A DNA stretch of 64,000 bases from Mytilus californianus (GCF_021869535.1 NW_026262679.1:56544001-56608000); one strand, 5' to 3'; positions 26,401 through 34,321 are shown, counted from the stretch's first letter. A program made the numbers and translations. Notes: a model not told the origin generated them from the letters alone.

Positions 26401-27235
26401 GAGAGAACCACCTACCTTCGGTAAGACAACTGACAACTCTAGTCAATTAAGATTAGAGTCGAGTGCACCTGCCCTGTGCGGGATTCGAACTCACAACCTC
26501 AGTGTTGACTGGCTAGTGATACAGTAGTTCGACTACTTTGACCACTCGGCCACCGATGACCATCAAATGTTAAGGTTTGTGTGTTCCTAATGAAGGTAAA
26601 TCCAGAAAGAGGCTTTGGACACACGACATTTATAAAGTGTTATTTTTATTACTTATGAAGGAGTTACAGCTTAATCTTTAGTATGATGATTTGATTACTA
26701 AAATCACACAATGAATATGTACAATTTAAAGCATACCAGTGCAGAAACAAATGTTATTGACCAGGTATCATCTGAATTATTACTCGAATTTATGATACCG
26801 ATTTCCTTGCAGACCTTATGTTCATGGTATAAAAGGTATAAAAAAAAATTCCAAACTGCAGGGCAAAATCAAAAGGGAAGTCCACAAAAACTGACAAAAC
26901 CAAACGCCATCAATATTATAACATTCGTTGGTCTTGCTGGATGTACATTTTGGGAGGAAACATATATAGTATTCGATGGGATTATCAGCAAAATGAATCT
27001 TAAGATGACAGACATAAGATGAAGCCAAATAAAAGTCGGTTATATTGTTGAGGTTATTTTGAGGTGTATTTCATTATAATTTCTTTATATAAGTTCTTTA
27101 CAAGACGACTCTTAAATCCAAGATAAATATTGCTTAAATATTAACTATTACATTCGCACACAAAAATAAGAGAAATCCAAAAATTGTTATCGTGCATAAC
27201 TGAATTGTCAATATTTTATTTCAGGTACACCTTGA
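5394..27235 (+). CDS. Multi-exon gene for an uncharacterised ~493-aa coiled-coil protein (short G/N-rich head, ~400-aa E/K/Q/L-rich rod, ~50-aa S/N/G-rich tail)
   Basis: Hand-spliced join(5394-5445,6213-6302,6962-7045,7913-8026,9208-9279,9537-9611,11233-11316,12421-12537,13767-13841,14819-14911,16209-16322,16870-16983,18315-18440,19726-19767,22663-22746,24471-24551,25540-25593,27225-27235) = 1482 nt, one open frame with no internal stop. Every exon has an AG acceptor and a GT donor (one GC). Starts MSGENGQGSGNNRNGDNDSSPQNDPDTEIRRTEELIKEKEKSIEGLNEDIIKAHEKL. The last two junctions are less certain. Confidence 0.85.
6213..6302 (+). CDS. Coiled-coil gene exon 2 (DSSPQNDPDTEIRRTEELIKEKEKSIEGLN)
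   Basis: ttatag| ... G|gtaaat, 90 nt, phase 1-1. Confidence 0.88.
6639..6859. mobile_element. MITE with TA target duplication (Tc1/mariner-type)
   Basis: TA-ctgtaaaccaactaattttcg ... cgaaaataagttggtttatag-TA, imperfect TIR of about 24 bp. Confidence 0.8.
6962..7045 (+). CDS. Coiled-coil gene exon 3 (EDIIKAHEKLRTVEESTISKQKEFKSLS)
   Basis: ttttctccag| ... CAG|gtaaga, 84 nt, phase 1-1. Confidence 0.9.
7065..7370 (-). mobile_element. PLE 3' trailer copy (family A) with the 3' half of the twister-like motif
   Basis: ggagatgtggtatgattgccaatgagacaa ... ggctcctgacttgggac, near-identical to 3476-3760. Confidence 0.85.
7913..8026 (+). CDS. Coiled-coil gene exon 4 (DKVKTQESSLKSCNDQLVSAKTVLTQTTERHKRVADEL)
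   Basis: tttgttttcag| ... G|gtaact, 114 nt, phase 1-1. Confidence 0.9.
8064..9041. repeat. 141/145-bp tandem repeat, about 7 highly similar copies, in intron 4
   Basis: catt(c)ggagacc/cattcagagacc anchors at 8112, 8253, 8398, 8543, 8688, 8829, 8974 (spacings 141,145,145,145,141,145). Confidence 0.95.
9208..9279 (+). CDS. Coiled-coil gene exon 5 (ARLDETHSLNRRLQQMLTKENKTN), GC donor
   Basis: tttattttag| ... ATG|gcaagt, 72 nt, phase 1-1. Confidence 0.8.
9420..9463 (+). ncRNA. Minimal type I hammerhead motif (family 1), core A6>G
   Basis: gtgtca CTGGTGA GTCT-tttgt-AGAC GAAA cacgcg TC tggcgt; stems I and II pair. Confidence 0.75.
9537..9611 (+). CDS. Coiled-coil gene exon 6 (ETKQQELNALIVNNTSIEADRRQKE)
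   Basis: tttttgtag| ... G|gtaatt, 75 nt, phase 1-1. Confidence 0.88.
10188..10234 (-). ncRNA. Hammerhead-like motif (family 2), degenerate
   Basis: Minus: gcgttc CTGATGA aggctaataa a GAAA acctcta t ggatgc. Confidence 0.5.
10586..10626 (-). ncRNA. Hammerhead-like motif (family 2), degenerate
   Basis: Minus: ccttc CTGATGA aggcaatccc a GAAA agaact TC gatttt; stem I decayed. Confidence 0.45.
11233..11316 (+). CDS. Coiled-coil gene exon 7 (EKIAQLTIELCHVRESHEKYKKQIETAL)
   Basis: tttatttgcag| ... AG|gtaatt, 84 nt, phase 1-1. Confidence 0.9.
12421..12537 (+). CDS. Coiled-coil gene exon 8 (GNLQSKLQLQERTIKIKEDDAKSKMLQINKLQENKQQLE)
   Basis: ttttcaatag| ... AAG|gtaaat, 117 nt, phase 1-1; matches the core of track ORF 12402-12602. 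Confidence 0.9.
13767..13841 (+). CDS. Coiled-coil gene exon 9 (GQILQLTMAFRQKEMDLQKESSEHQ)
   Basis: ttatatag| ... C|gtaagt, 75 nt, phase 1-1. Confidence 0.88.
14231..14700 (+). mobile_element. Non-autonomous Helentron-type element
   Basis: tttatagcgcctg start, (ccgt)-type microsatellite near the 5' end, cgggcgtat subterminal repeat then T-rich end; a second 5' fragment lies at about 14065-14200. Confidence 0.5.
14819..14911 (+). CDS. Coiled-coil gene exon 10 (QTHLQLLQQFEEGMRLNSQLESKEKELEVLQ)
   Basis: aatttcag| ... AAG|gtacac, 93 nt, phase 1-1. Confidence 0.9.
15014..15409. mobile_element. TTAA-flanked MITE (Kolobok-type RR..YY termini)
   Basis: TTAA-ggatgt ... acatcc-TTAA; same family as 33923-34321. 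Confidence 0.75.
15484..15522 (-). ncRNA. Hammerhead motif (family 1), 3' part deleted
   Basis: Minus: gagcgtca CTGATGA atcttttgtagaa GAAA cgcgta; cleavage triplet and stem I 3' strand lost. Confidence 0.55.
16209..16322 (+). CDS. Coiled-coil gene exon 11 (DEVAKVNIKARELTIKYHELPEKEVQFRRIEESSNYLR)
   Basis: tactgtag| ... GAG|gtaatt, 114 nt, phase 1-1. Confidence 0.88.
16870..16983 (+). CDS. Coiled-coil gene exon 12 (EENAELLEQIKDAKRLQSLVSGLREQNESYFKDKESFR)
   Basis: tcattgcag| ... GAG|gtatat, 114 nt, phase 1-1. Confidence 0.9.
18315..18440 (+). CDS. Coiled-coil gene exon 13 (ERNKVMEEKYREILQQYGQQMGESQTFMGQKVSLKTQLKQKS)
   Basis: gtttcag| ... G|gtaagc, 126 nt, phase 1-1. Confidence 0.9.
18610..18925 (+). 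mobile_element. Hammerhead-cassette repeat (family 1, retrozyme/pLTR-like) with the ribozyme core deleted
   Basis: ggtggacgtttcgtcaccgaggg...agtagtcagcactt ... gacgagtcgtctggcgt...aagcctggta, collinear with 29662-29948 reversed. Confidence 0.6.
19329..19558. mobile_element. MITE with ~40-bp imperfect TIRs and 10-bp TSD (Mutator-like)
   Basis: cagtctgattaaaatacagatcc (19339) versus ggatctgtattctaatcagattg (ends 19548); flanks agctcatgtg and agctcatgtt. Confidence 0.7.
19726..19767 (+). CDS. Coiled-coil gene exon 14 (DEVNALANKLKELF)
   Basis: cattgtag| ... G|gtaagt, 42 nt, phase 1-1. Confidence 0.85.
20143..20385 (-). mobile_element. Interspersed retroelement-trailer-like repeat (family D)
   Basis: ataaaattgagaatggaaatggggatatgtcaaagagacaacaacccgacc; second diverged copy at about 33675-33845. 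Confidence 0.65.
20395..20735 (+). mobile_element. Highly decayed Penelope-like RT fragment
   Basis: ggaaccaactgtgct (GTNCA), LNFTIRYV.DD, LLTRKIFNREF motifs with deletions. Confidence 0.6.
21445..21490 (+). ncRNA. Hammerhead-like motif (family 2), core mutated
   Basis: gaatcc CTTATGA aggtaattcc t GAAT agatct TC ggtttc. Confidence 0.4.
22203..22310 (+). ncRNA. Divergent twister-like motif (family C trailer)
   Basis: aagtggGAGGT...ggttTAAcctacc...gCTG TACCATGT CAGga; register not fully resolved. Confidence 0.35.
22663..22746 (+). CDS. Coiled-coil gene exon 15 (GKVQYLETALTESQRELWEARSLFRPQT)
   Basis: tttatttaatag| ... CAG|gtaggc, 84 nt, phase 1-1. Confidence 0.88.
22895..23156 (+). mobile_element. 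Short complete non-autonomous Helentron-type (pearl/HINE-like) element
   Basis: 5' ttttatgccccac; (ccgt/tcgt)n microsatellite; 3' gtggcat subterminal repeat, gtgt-acttag-acac hairpin, T-rich end. Confidence 0.75.
23157..23540 (-). repeat. Degenerate 21-bp tandem repeat
   Basis: Units such as gatatggttttgtcattactt; minus strand reads SNDKTIS-like heptapeptides with stops and frameshifts. Confidence 0.6.
24345..24460. repeat. Short ~23-bp tandem repeat just upstream of exon 16
   Basis: About 5 units of (t)gttttacatttaacaaaacta. Confidence 0.75.
24471..24551 (+). CDS. Coiled-coil gene exon 16 (VTDTFGNLGNLNAYTHSYNRTIAQNDS)
   Basis: cacatttcag| ... CAG|gtagag, 81 nt, phase 1-1. Confidence 0.75.
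25129..25255 (-). mobile_element. 5'-truncated SINE, same family as 26318-26556
   Basis: (gatt)n tail, ttaacgccactttt...ttttattggtgg...gagaaccaccgaccttcg. Confidence 0.75.
25540..25593 (+). CDS. Coiled-coil gene exon 17 (GYADHSLSHSMEGRTNNN)
   Basis: tatgtatag| ... G|gtaggt; a competing donor AG|gtaaat lies 4 nt downstream (25598). Confidence 0.7.
26318..26556 (-). mobile_element. Full-length tRNA-derived SINE with (AATC)n tail
   Basis: Minus: A box TGGCCGAGTGG, B box GTTCGAATCC, central ctcctggcactcaggcttcctccacc (V/Meta-domain-like), aatc tail. Confidence 0.88.
26581..26622 (+). ncRNA. Hammerhead-like motif (family 2), core G5>A
   Basis: gtgttc CTAATGA aggtaaatcc a GAAA gaggctt t ggacac; stem I pairs. 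Confidence 0.5.
27225..27235 (+). CDS. Coiled-coil gene probable terminal exon, coding part (GTP*)
   Basis: Acceptor attttatttcag ends at 27224; in phase 1 TGA at 27233-27235; AATAAA pair about 100 nt downstream. Confidence 0.55.
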
Positions 27236-27330
27236 AGATTTGATGGATTTGGAGTTGATAAGGGTCAAAGAATTTGAAATTTTATTCAAATATTATATCA
27301 AAATGGAAATTGATTTTATGATAATATTCT

Positions 27331-27343
27331 AATAAAAAATAAA
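27331..27343 (+). promoter_or_regulatory. Polyadenylation signals (AATAAA x2)
   Basis: AATAAA at 27331 and 27338, downstream of the predicted stop codon. Confidence 0.5.
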
Positions 27344-27442
27344 GTCGTACGTTATATATGTATATGCAAGTATCTTTTATTCTTTGTGACGTCAAAATAC
27401 TTTTTTCAAAGTGTAAAAATGATCGGAAATATTATAGGTATG

Positions 27443-28835
27443 TAAAAGAGAGGCCAAAGATACCAAATTAAAATTCAAACTCATAAGTCGAAAATAAACT
27501 GACAACGCCATGGCTAATAAAGAAAACACCAACAGACAAAACACAACAAAGAAAATCAAAGACTGAGCAACACAAACCCCACAACAAAACGGGGTGATCT
27601 CAGGGGCTCCGGAAGAGTGAGCAGATCCTGCTCCAAATGTGACACCCGTCGTGTTGCTCATGTTAGTGAAAACCTTGTGATAAGTCTAACTCGGTAGGTC
27701 ACATTCGAGGAAAAGGAGAGGGGATTGTAATTACAACAATTGGAACATATTCGTTGTCATCTGTGAAACAGATATGCCATAGCGGTCAACCATCTCGTGA
27801 TGACGTCCGTAAAATTTACGAAGGGATGATTTCAACTTCACCACTTGGAACTCTTGGTTCAATAGCTTCCTTGTGAGCAGCAACCCTCTATCAAGAAAAT
27901 TATGATAGGAAATACAAGTCCTGGAATATCGTATCAACTGGAAATTATGCAGGCGCTGCTGGAATTTCGCTACATTGAAATGGAAAGTTCACAATTGGGA
28001 AGCTGAAATCATCTCTTTTGTCTTAAGGTTTTGTTTTCAACCGACCCTCATTGTCAAGTTCTAGATATAAGTCAAGATATGAGGCAGACTTAACTGTATC
28101 TGATGTATACTTATTTCAAGTTCGATGGGATATATGCGTTCAGTATAGTCACCAAATTTTTAATTATCTAGCGAAAGAACATCATCTATATGGTGGAAAG
28201 TGAAGTTAAAGGATACTGCTAATTTTTTTTCTTTCTTCCTAAGAAGTTCCTGTATGAAGTCCGCCTCATATTTATGGCTAGAAGAGGAGCACAGTTGGTT
28301 CCCATGGGAATGCCGATTGTTTGTTGAAAAGAAATCAAGCATCTTGATAATGTCAGAGAAAATTTTGTTAGAATCAGAGTGATTTTTTTACAAAGTACGA
28401 TTTATCCCTCACTAAGACAAGATACGTGTATCTACGTTGGTCTTTCTTTTTTATGAAACAAAGTACGACCAACTCTTTCAATTTGTCTTTTAGTTTGGAA
28501 TGGGTAGTTTCACAACAACTTTGAAGTCCGGCTTTGATTACTGATAAAATTGAAGTTAATAATTTAGAAAGAGGTTTCGTGGAGCACTTTGAAGACCTAG
28601 CAATATAACGTTGTTTGTAAGGACACTTATGTAGTTTAGGTGTCCGATACAGTGAAAGAAGATCCAGTTCTTCATCTTTGGTTGAAATTCCAATGAAACA
28701 TAGAACAGACCTATGATTATCCAGGATTTTCTAATTGGTAAGTGTCGTGGGGTATATGTGGAGTTTCCAAGTGAATTGTCAATACCTAATTCATTTATTA
28801 AACAGTTTATGTAATGTGATTTACACACATAAAAT
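27443..28835 (-). mobile_element. 5'-truncated Penelope-like element (second family): RT remnant plus trailer
   Basis: VCKSHYINCLINELG, PMGTNCAP, YEADFIQELL, FNFTFHHIDDVLSL, KRDDFSFPIVNFP, IRYSRTC...RKFYGRHHEMVDRY; trailer 27443-27730 recurs at about 37750-37920, 38955-39110 and 48370-48530. Confidence 0.9.
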
Positions 28836-28990
28836 ACTATGTAGCAAAATTCCGGCAGCGCCTGCTTATGGAGAATATATCTCACAGTTGATAGGATATT
28901 CTAGGGTTTGCGTTTCTTATCGTGATTTCCCTGATATGGATTGCTGCTCAAAATGAATCTTATCAAATCAAGAGTTCCAAGTGAAGTTCA
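28836..28990 (+). mobile_element. Inverted PLE RT thumb fragment abutting the truncation point
   Basis: LCSKIPAAPAYGEYISQLIGYSRVC, homologous to 27850-27960 in the opposite orientation. Confidence 0.8.
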
Positions 28991-29180
28991 TAGCAGAAAA
29001 TCTTCTGTAGCAAATACCGACTTATATTTGACGCTGATAATAGAAAAAAGGGACATGGGGTATCCATTCATGACACAAAATCAGAACATGCACAGAAAAA
29101 ACACAAAATAAACATGTTTATGTTTGAATATTAGCAGCTTATTATAAAAACTCACCAAACATATCAGGTTATAATTAGTC

Positions 29181-29228
29181 ACGTCAGAGGCGCGTTTTGT
29201 CTGCACAAGACTCATCAATCGCGCTCGA
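29181..29228 (-). ncRNA. Hammerhead motif (family 1), degenerate
   Basis: Minus: gagcgcga TTGATGA GTCT-tgtgc-AGAC AAAA cgcgcc TC tgacgt. Confidence 0.55.
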
Positions 29229-29464
29229 ATCAAAAGAGTTAAGGGCAAAATCAAAATCGCAGTTGAAAAGCATTTAAAACCGAGTTTCGAATAAAGGCAA
29301 CAGTAGTATACCGCTATTCGAAATTCATAAATCGATTGAGAAAAAAACAAATCCGGGTTACAAACTAAAACTGAGGGAAACACATCAAATATAAGAGGAG
29401 AACATCAACACAACAGAAACACAACACTAAAAAGCAACACACACAGAAACGAACTATAATATAA

Positions 29465-29565
29465 CAATGGCCATTTTCCTGACTTGGTACAGGTCATTTT
29501 AAGAAGAAATAGTTGGTTGAACCTGGTTTTGTGGCTAGCCAAACCTCCCGCTTTTATGGCAATGT
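29465..29565 (-). ncRNA. Divergent twister-like motif (family C)
   Basis: Minus: gccat aaaa gcgg GAGGT ttggctagccac...ggttCAAccaact...CCTG TACCAAGT CAGG A aa atggc; ACC/GGT complementarity for T1. Confidence 0.4.
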
Positions 29566-29689
29566 TAAATATAACATTAAAATGACAAGATTACATGACA
29601 GGACTACAATACAAATAAATGGGAGAACATACAGAACAGAGACACACACAAATAATAGCTATCAAAAGGTACCACGCTTATAATTTAAT

Positions 29690-29735
29690 ACGCCAGACGC
29701 GCGTTTTGTCTACAAAAGACCCATCAGTGATGCTC
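29690..29735 (-). ncRNA. Hammerhead motif (family 1), core A9>G and G12>A
   Basis: Minus: gagcatca CTGATGG GTCT-tttgt-AGAC AAAA cgcgcg TC tggcgt. Confidence 0.65.
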
Positions 29736-30307
29736 AGATCAAAAAAGTTCGAAAGCCAAAACAAGTACATAGTTGAAGAGCATTGAGGACCAAAATTTCC
29801 AAAAAGTTGTGCCAAATACGGCTAAGGTTATATGCCTGGGATAAGAAAATCCTTAGTATTTAGAATAATTCATACTTTTACAAACAGTAAATTATAAAAA
29901 TGACTATATAATAGATATACATGTTAACACCGAAGTGGTGACTAACTACAGAATAAAAACGAATACGTAAAATAACCTAAATCAGCACATAAAAAAGGCA
30001 CAGCCGAACAACGTATTATATGTTAGCCGAAGAGATCGACGCACAATGTGACGTCACATATAAATTTCTATAAATTTCCTCCAAAAGTGAGAATTACAAT
30101 ATATTTGCCTTGGGTATAAAAATCTTAGTGTTTCGAATAATTTAATATTTTATAACAGAGAATTCAAAACTCTCGAAAAACGTACACGAAGCCAAATGCT
30201 CCCTGTGGTATTACTTCCTTGAATAATACATATTTCTGAATTCCAATCTGTGTACCAAAGTTGAACACTTGCATAAAAACTTTTATTAGTTAGGACACAT
30301 TCTATTA

Positions 30308-30960
30308 TTAAAGGGGCATTAGCTACGAGATATAAAAAAAAATATAAAACACGATCTTTTTTTGATCAATCATTAATGAAAGTGAATTGGTGGAATAAAA
30401 ATTCGCTATTAGCAGCCAGTTTGGTTTTATTTGTCAAAAGCTAAGCTAAGAAACATCGCTAATTCGACCTCATTGAATCCGTATTCATGTGACCTTCAAT
30501 TTAACTCCTTAGCTAGAGAGGTTACGCATAAACTATGCGTGTTCAGCTATTAAAAGGAAAAAAATGTCAAACCTTGAAAGTAACACAGGGGTAAATCATT
30601 TAGTTGACAGATTCGATCCACAAAAACTCATTCTTATACAGGTAAAAACGATGATTAACATATGTTTCAACCTATAACATTTCTTCAAACAGACATAGAA
30701 AAATCCAATTGCAACGTGTTCGCTATCTATTTATATGTATATTTATGTTTATATCGGGTTATACAGCCGTTGGCAGTTTTCGGAGGTCACCTCGGTGGTT
30801 AATTAGATAGCGTCTAGACTTAAATACACACGAAATGTTGATTCATATTATCGAGTCCATGCATCGTAAATTGTTTATTTTAGACTTTTTATGATTTGGA
30901 TATGCGTTTAAGTATATCATAAATCAAATATGAGGATTTTTACAGCTAATGCTCCTTTAA
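30308..30960. mobile_element. TTAA-flanked MITE (Kolobok-type)
   Basis: TTAA-aggggcattagct ... agctaatgctcct-TTAA, 12/13 TIR match. Confidence 0.8.
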
Positions 30961-31553
30961 AGAGTCATTTCTTTTTGCTTTATTTTGTTGAAAATAAAAG
31001 CCCAAAAATCAATTGCAAAATTTTCAAACAATAATTATTTCCCACTTACAATAATGGGCAATTGGCAAAATGGTTAACTATTTCTGTATTTTTTCTTCAT
31101 AGTCTGTTCACCCACAGTGTACGAATGCAGAGGTGGTCAAATGGTGTTAGGATTGATTGCAACTGACATATTTGAGATTTGAGGGGAATGATGATTTTTT
31201 TAAACTGAAATTTAACAAATGAGATATTTTTGAGAAATGGTGGACATAATGTCGACCAAATATTAAGTAAGGTATCGTTTTTCTAAGCACATTAGGTTGA
31301 CCTGGGCTTGAATGTAACAGCAGTTTTTTGAATACCAGTAGATCTAAAGTATAGTGTTGAGTATATAATGCAATATTGCAAACTACCCTGTATGACGCAA
31401 TTTATGAAAGTTATACTTGGGATATGATGTGGATCCTGTGCTATCAAAGGACAAAACATACTTCGACAGAAGAATGCAATATTAAGTTCAGATCTGGTAC
31501 GGCTTCGTGTCCCTTCAGTTTCTCCCTTGCTTTGTCTCTAACAATTTTGATTC

Positions 31554-31603
31554 GAGCGTCATGCTGAGTCTTGCGAAGCTAAGACAAAACGCGCGTCTGG
31601 CGT
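31554..31603 (+). ncRNA. Hammerhead motif (family 1), degenerate core
   Basis: gagcgtc ATGCTGA GTCTT-gcgaagct-AAGAC AAAA cgcgcg TC tggcgt. Confidence 0.5.
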
Positions 31604-31955
31604 ATAAAATTCTACAATATCTACATCAACCATAACATAGACATTGCTATTTAAATGCAACCCTATGGTAAATAACTTCTTATACTTTTTTAAAAATAGA
31701 TTTATACATGTATACAACAATAATGTCTCAGTTGTTACTTTATCGGTTTTTATACTACATGCTACAATGGAGCGGGAATATTTTATTTTTCTTACAATGA
31801 CAGTTTCAGTTTCTTTTTTTTTTGTTTTTTTTGTTAACCTTTTATTTTCCAATTAGACGCATACTAGCATTCTACAGTTAATGCGAAACACGCGTACATG
31901 CTCATATAACATAGACCTCAGTAATAAATTAAAACAATACTTTATACATTGTATT

Positions 31956-31998
31956 CGTCCGAGGAGCTTTTCTAGATTCAACTTCATCATGAACGCTC
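31956..31998 (-). ncRNA. Hammerhead-like motif (family 2), degenerate
   Basis: Minus: gagcgttc ATGATGA agttgaatct a GAAA agctcc TC ggacg. Confidence 0.45.
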
Positions 31999-32480
31999 AA
32001 AGCTGAATATTTGAAAGCCAATGGTATATAAGAACCAAAACAGATGAGGAGCTATATAACCAAAAAGGGTATAACTGATGATTAGCAGTGTTGTATTCAT
32101 AACGCAAAACTTTTATAGAAGAATTTTGAAATGTACGGTATCTGTGTTTTAATAACAGAAGACATGATTTTGCGGTCTTAGATCGTCATATGCACGTACC
32201 AGTTTGATCGTCTAATCCGTAAAACTAGCAATTGCGTGTTTATTCCCTATATTTGGATTCACATGACCGTCGTGTATTCATAGCAGGATATACGATCATG
32301 CACCCAATTAACGCACTCGATTAACTTTCTTTTGTCACTCAATCTGTGTATTCAAGATAGATTTACAAGATATGAACCTTGATAGTTAAGGACATACAAT
32401 GGAATTCTCACTATGGTGTTTAGATTTTTTTTTTAAAAGTGTGAAAGCCCCTCATTTTTACCCTTTGAATTCGAAAATTA

Positions 32481-33298
32481 AACTAGATCGGCGCTGAAGA
32501 GCATGTGTCGCTCATCTTCAACCATGGACACTCACCAACATTGTAGACTAGAATAAAAATCAGTTTTAGTTTCTCCGTATCTTCTAAAAAAATTTCTAAT
32601 TCAAAAAATGTTTTAAAATCATATTTTAAGGGCAATAACTCCTTTAAGAAGACAACTGACAATTTCATCTATGCTGACCTATTTGTAGATCTTGTCCTGC
32701 TGGTCATTATTGCTATTTTAAGTAGCTATCTACCTATTATAGTTTTCATGTTAATAGGCAAAAATGCAAAAAAAACTTGTCAAAAATCTTCTTTAAAGGG
32801 TAATTACTCTAATAAAAAGTCGACTGACGATTAAGTACGTGTTGTCTCATTTGCAAAACTTGCTGATCATTTTTGCTTTTAAAGTTTCTATGTATCTGTT
32901 ATAGTTTTCATGCTTATAGATAGGCAAAAATGGTCAACTCCGTCATTTTAGGGCAATCACCTCTCCTATAAGAAGTCGTCTGACAGTTTGATGCAAAATG
33001 GGCAGTGGGTAGACCTCAAAATTTTTAACGGTTCTGCCCCTGTCAGATTTTCTGAATCTATAGCAGTTTTCAATATAATAGACAAAACGTGCCACGTACC
33101 CCTATGTAATATTTTAAGCCATGTTTGCCATGCCAGTCATGTTGTTTGGTAGGGAAACATTGAACACATTTTTAAACTATATACTAGTACTCCTATGATG
33201 ATTGTGGCCAAGTTTGGTTAATTACAAAGGTACGATTTTTTGTAAAAAGCTAACGGACGACGGATGCCAAGTGATGAAAATAGCTCACCTGGCTAAAA
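32481..33298 (-). mobile_element. Non-autonomous Helentron-type element
   Basis: Left end resembles the reverse complement of 1413-1448 (tcgctca); right end acggacgacgga...agctcacctgg; internal aagggcaataact repeats. Confidence 0.55.
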
Positions 33299-33922
33299 GG
33301 TATTTTGAAGATATCCGATTAGGTTCTGTCATATTTCAGTATTCATTGCTTGATTTTTATCTTATATAGTTTTATTTGGGTTTTAACTGTCTTCCACTTT
33401 AAAGCAAAACTGCAAAAAATTGATGAAATAGATTCTTTTGAGATCTTTAAACAAATATTTAGCAATTGATAAAGGCCTTATCCAAACTCAATTTTGTTAG
33501 AAGAAAAGATTTCTATAAAACGATACTACTGTGTGTAAATATATCTTTTTTCTAAGACTTCGCTCAATTTTTTTAGTAACCAAACAAATGTGTTATTTTA
33601 CTGTTTTTGCAATTTTAGGGCCAAAATGATGGCTCTCTTTGAAATCAAGTCTAATCAGTTATTAGAATAGTGAAAGGAAACCGGGGGAATGTGTCAAAGA
33701 GACAACAACCCGACCTAAGATCAGAAAACAGTCTTAGGCAACAATTGGGTCCTCAATGTAGCGAGAAAGTCCCGCAACAGGAGGTGTACTTCAGTTTGCC
33801 CCTAAACAATAATGTATACTAGGTCAGCGAAATGGACGCCACACTAGATGATTTAAACACAACGCAGAACACTAGATGATTTAAGAAACTCGTGAAAGTG
33901 TTGTTTTATTACATTATAACGC

Positions 33923-34321
33923 TTAAGGATGTTCGCTACTCTGTTTTAAAATAACAAGCTTTTTAAAAGACTGTTATAAATTGATAGTATATAAATAATA
34001 GAACTAAAAAAGCAGAAAAAAAGAAGGGTCCGTGTACTTGTTTTCGAGGTATAAGCCATTGAAAATTTTGCCGGAAATGATTCTCTCTAGAGTATTCATA
34101 CACATAACATTGCCACCTTTTTTCTTTCAAAAACTATGAAAAAATAACAAGGACTTTATAAGATCTTCAAATATAGCTTTTTAAACTATGATATGTAATA
34201 AAATTATCAAAAGAAAAGTAGGAGTTATCTGGCAAAATTTGCAATGGTAGTAGATGGAAAAAACCAGAGGATTCCGAATATCTGACAAAAAGTAAAAAAC
34301 AAGAGGAGCGAACATCCTTAA
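33923..34321. mobile_element. TTAA-flanked MITE (Kolobok-type)
   Basis: Perfect 15-bp inverted ends ttaaggatgttcgct / agcgaacatccttaa. Confidence 0.85.

Larger units (their letters stand above)
29160..29948 (-). mobile_element. Composite ribozyme-bearing trailer: hammerhead - twister-like - hammerhead
   Basis: Family 1 hammerhead cassette 29662-29948, family C trailer 29290-29660, second hammerhead cassette 29160-29290, all on the minus strand. Confidence 0.65.

Noticed and set aside
26490-26556. tRNA-like A and B boxes
   Set aside because: Head of a SINE; no complete cloverleaf and it continues into a SINE body and tail.
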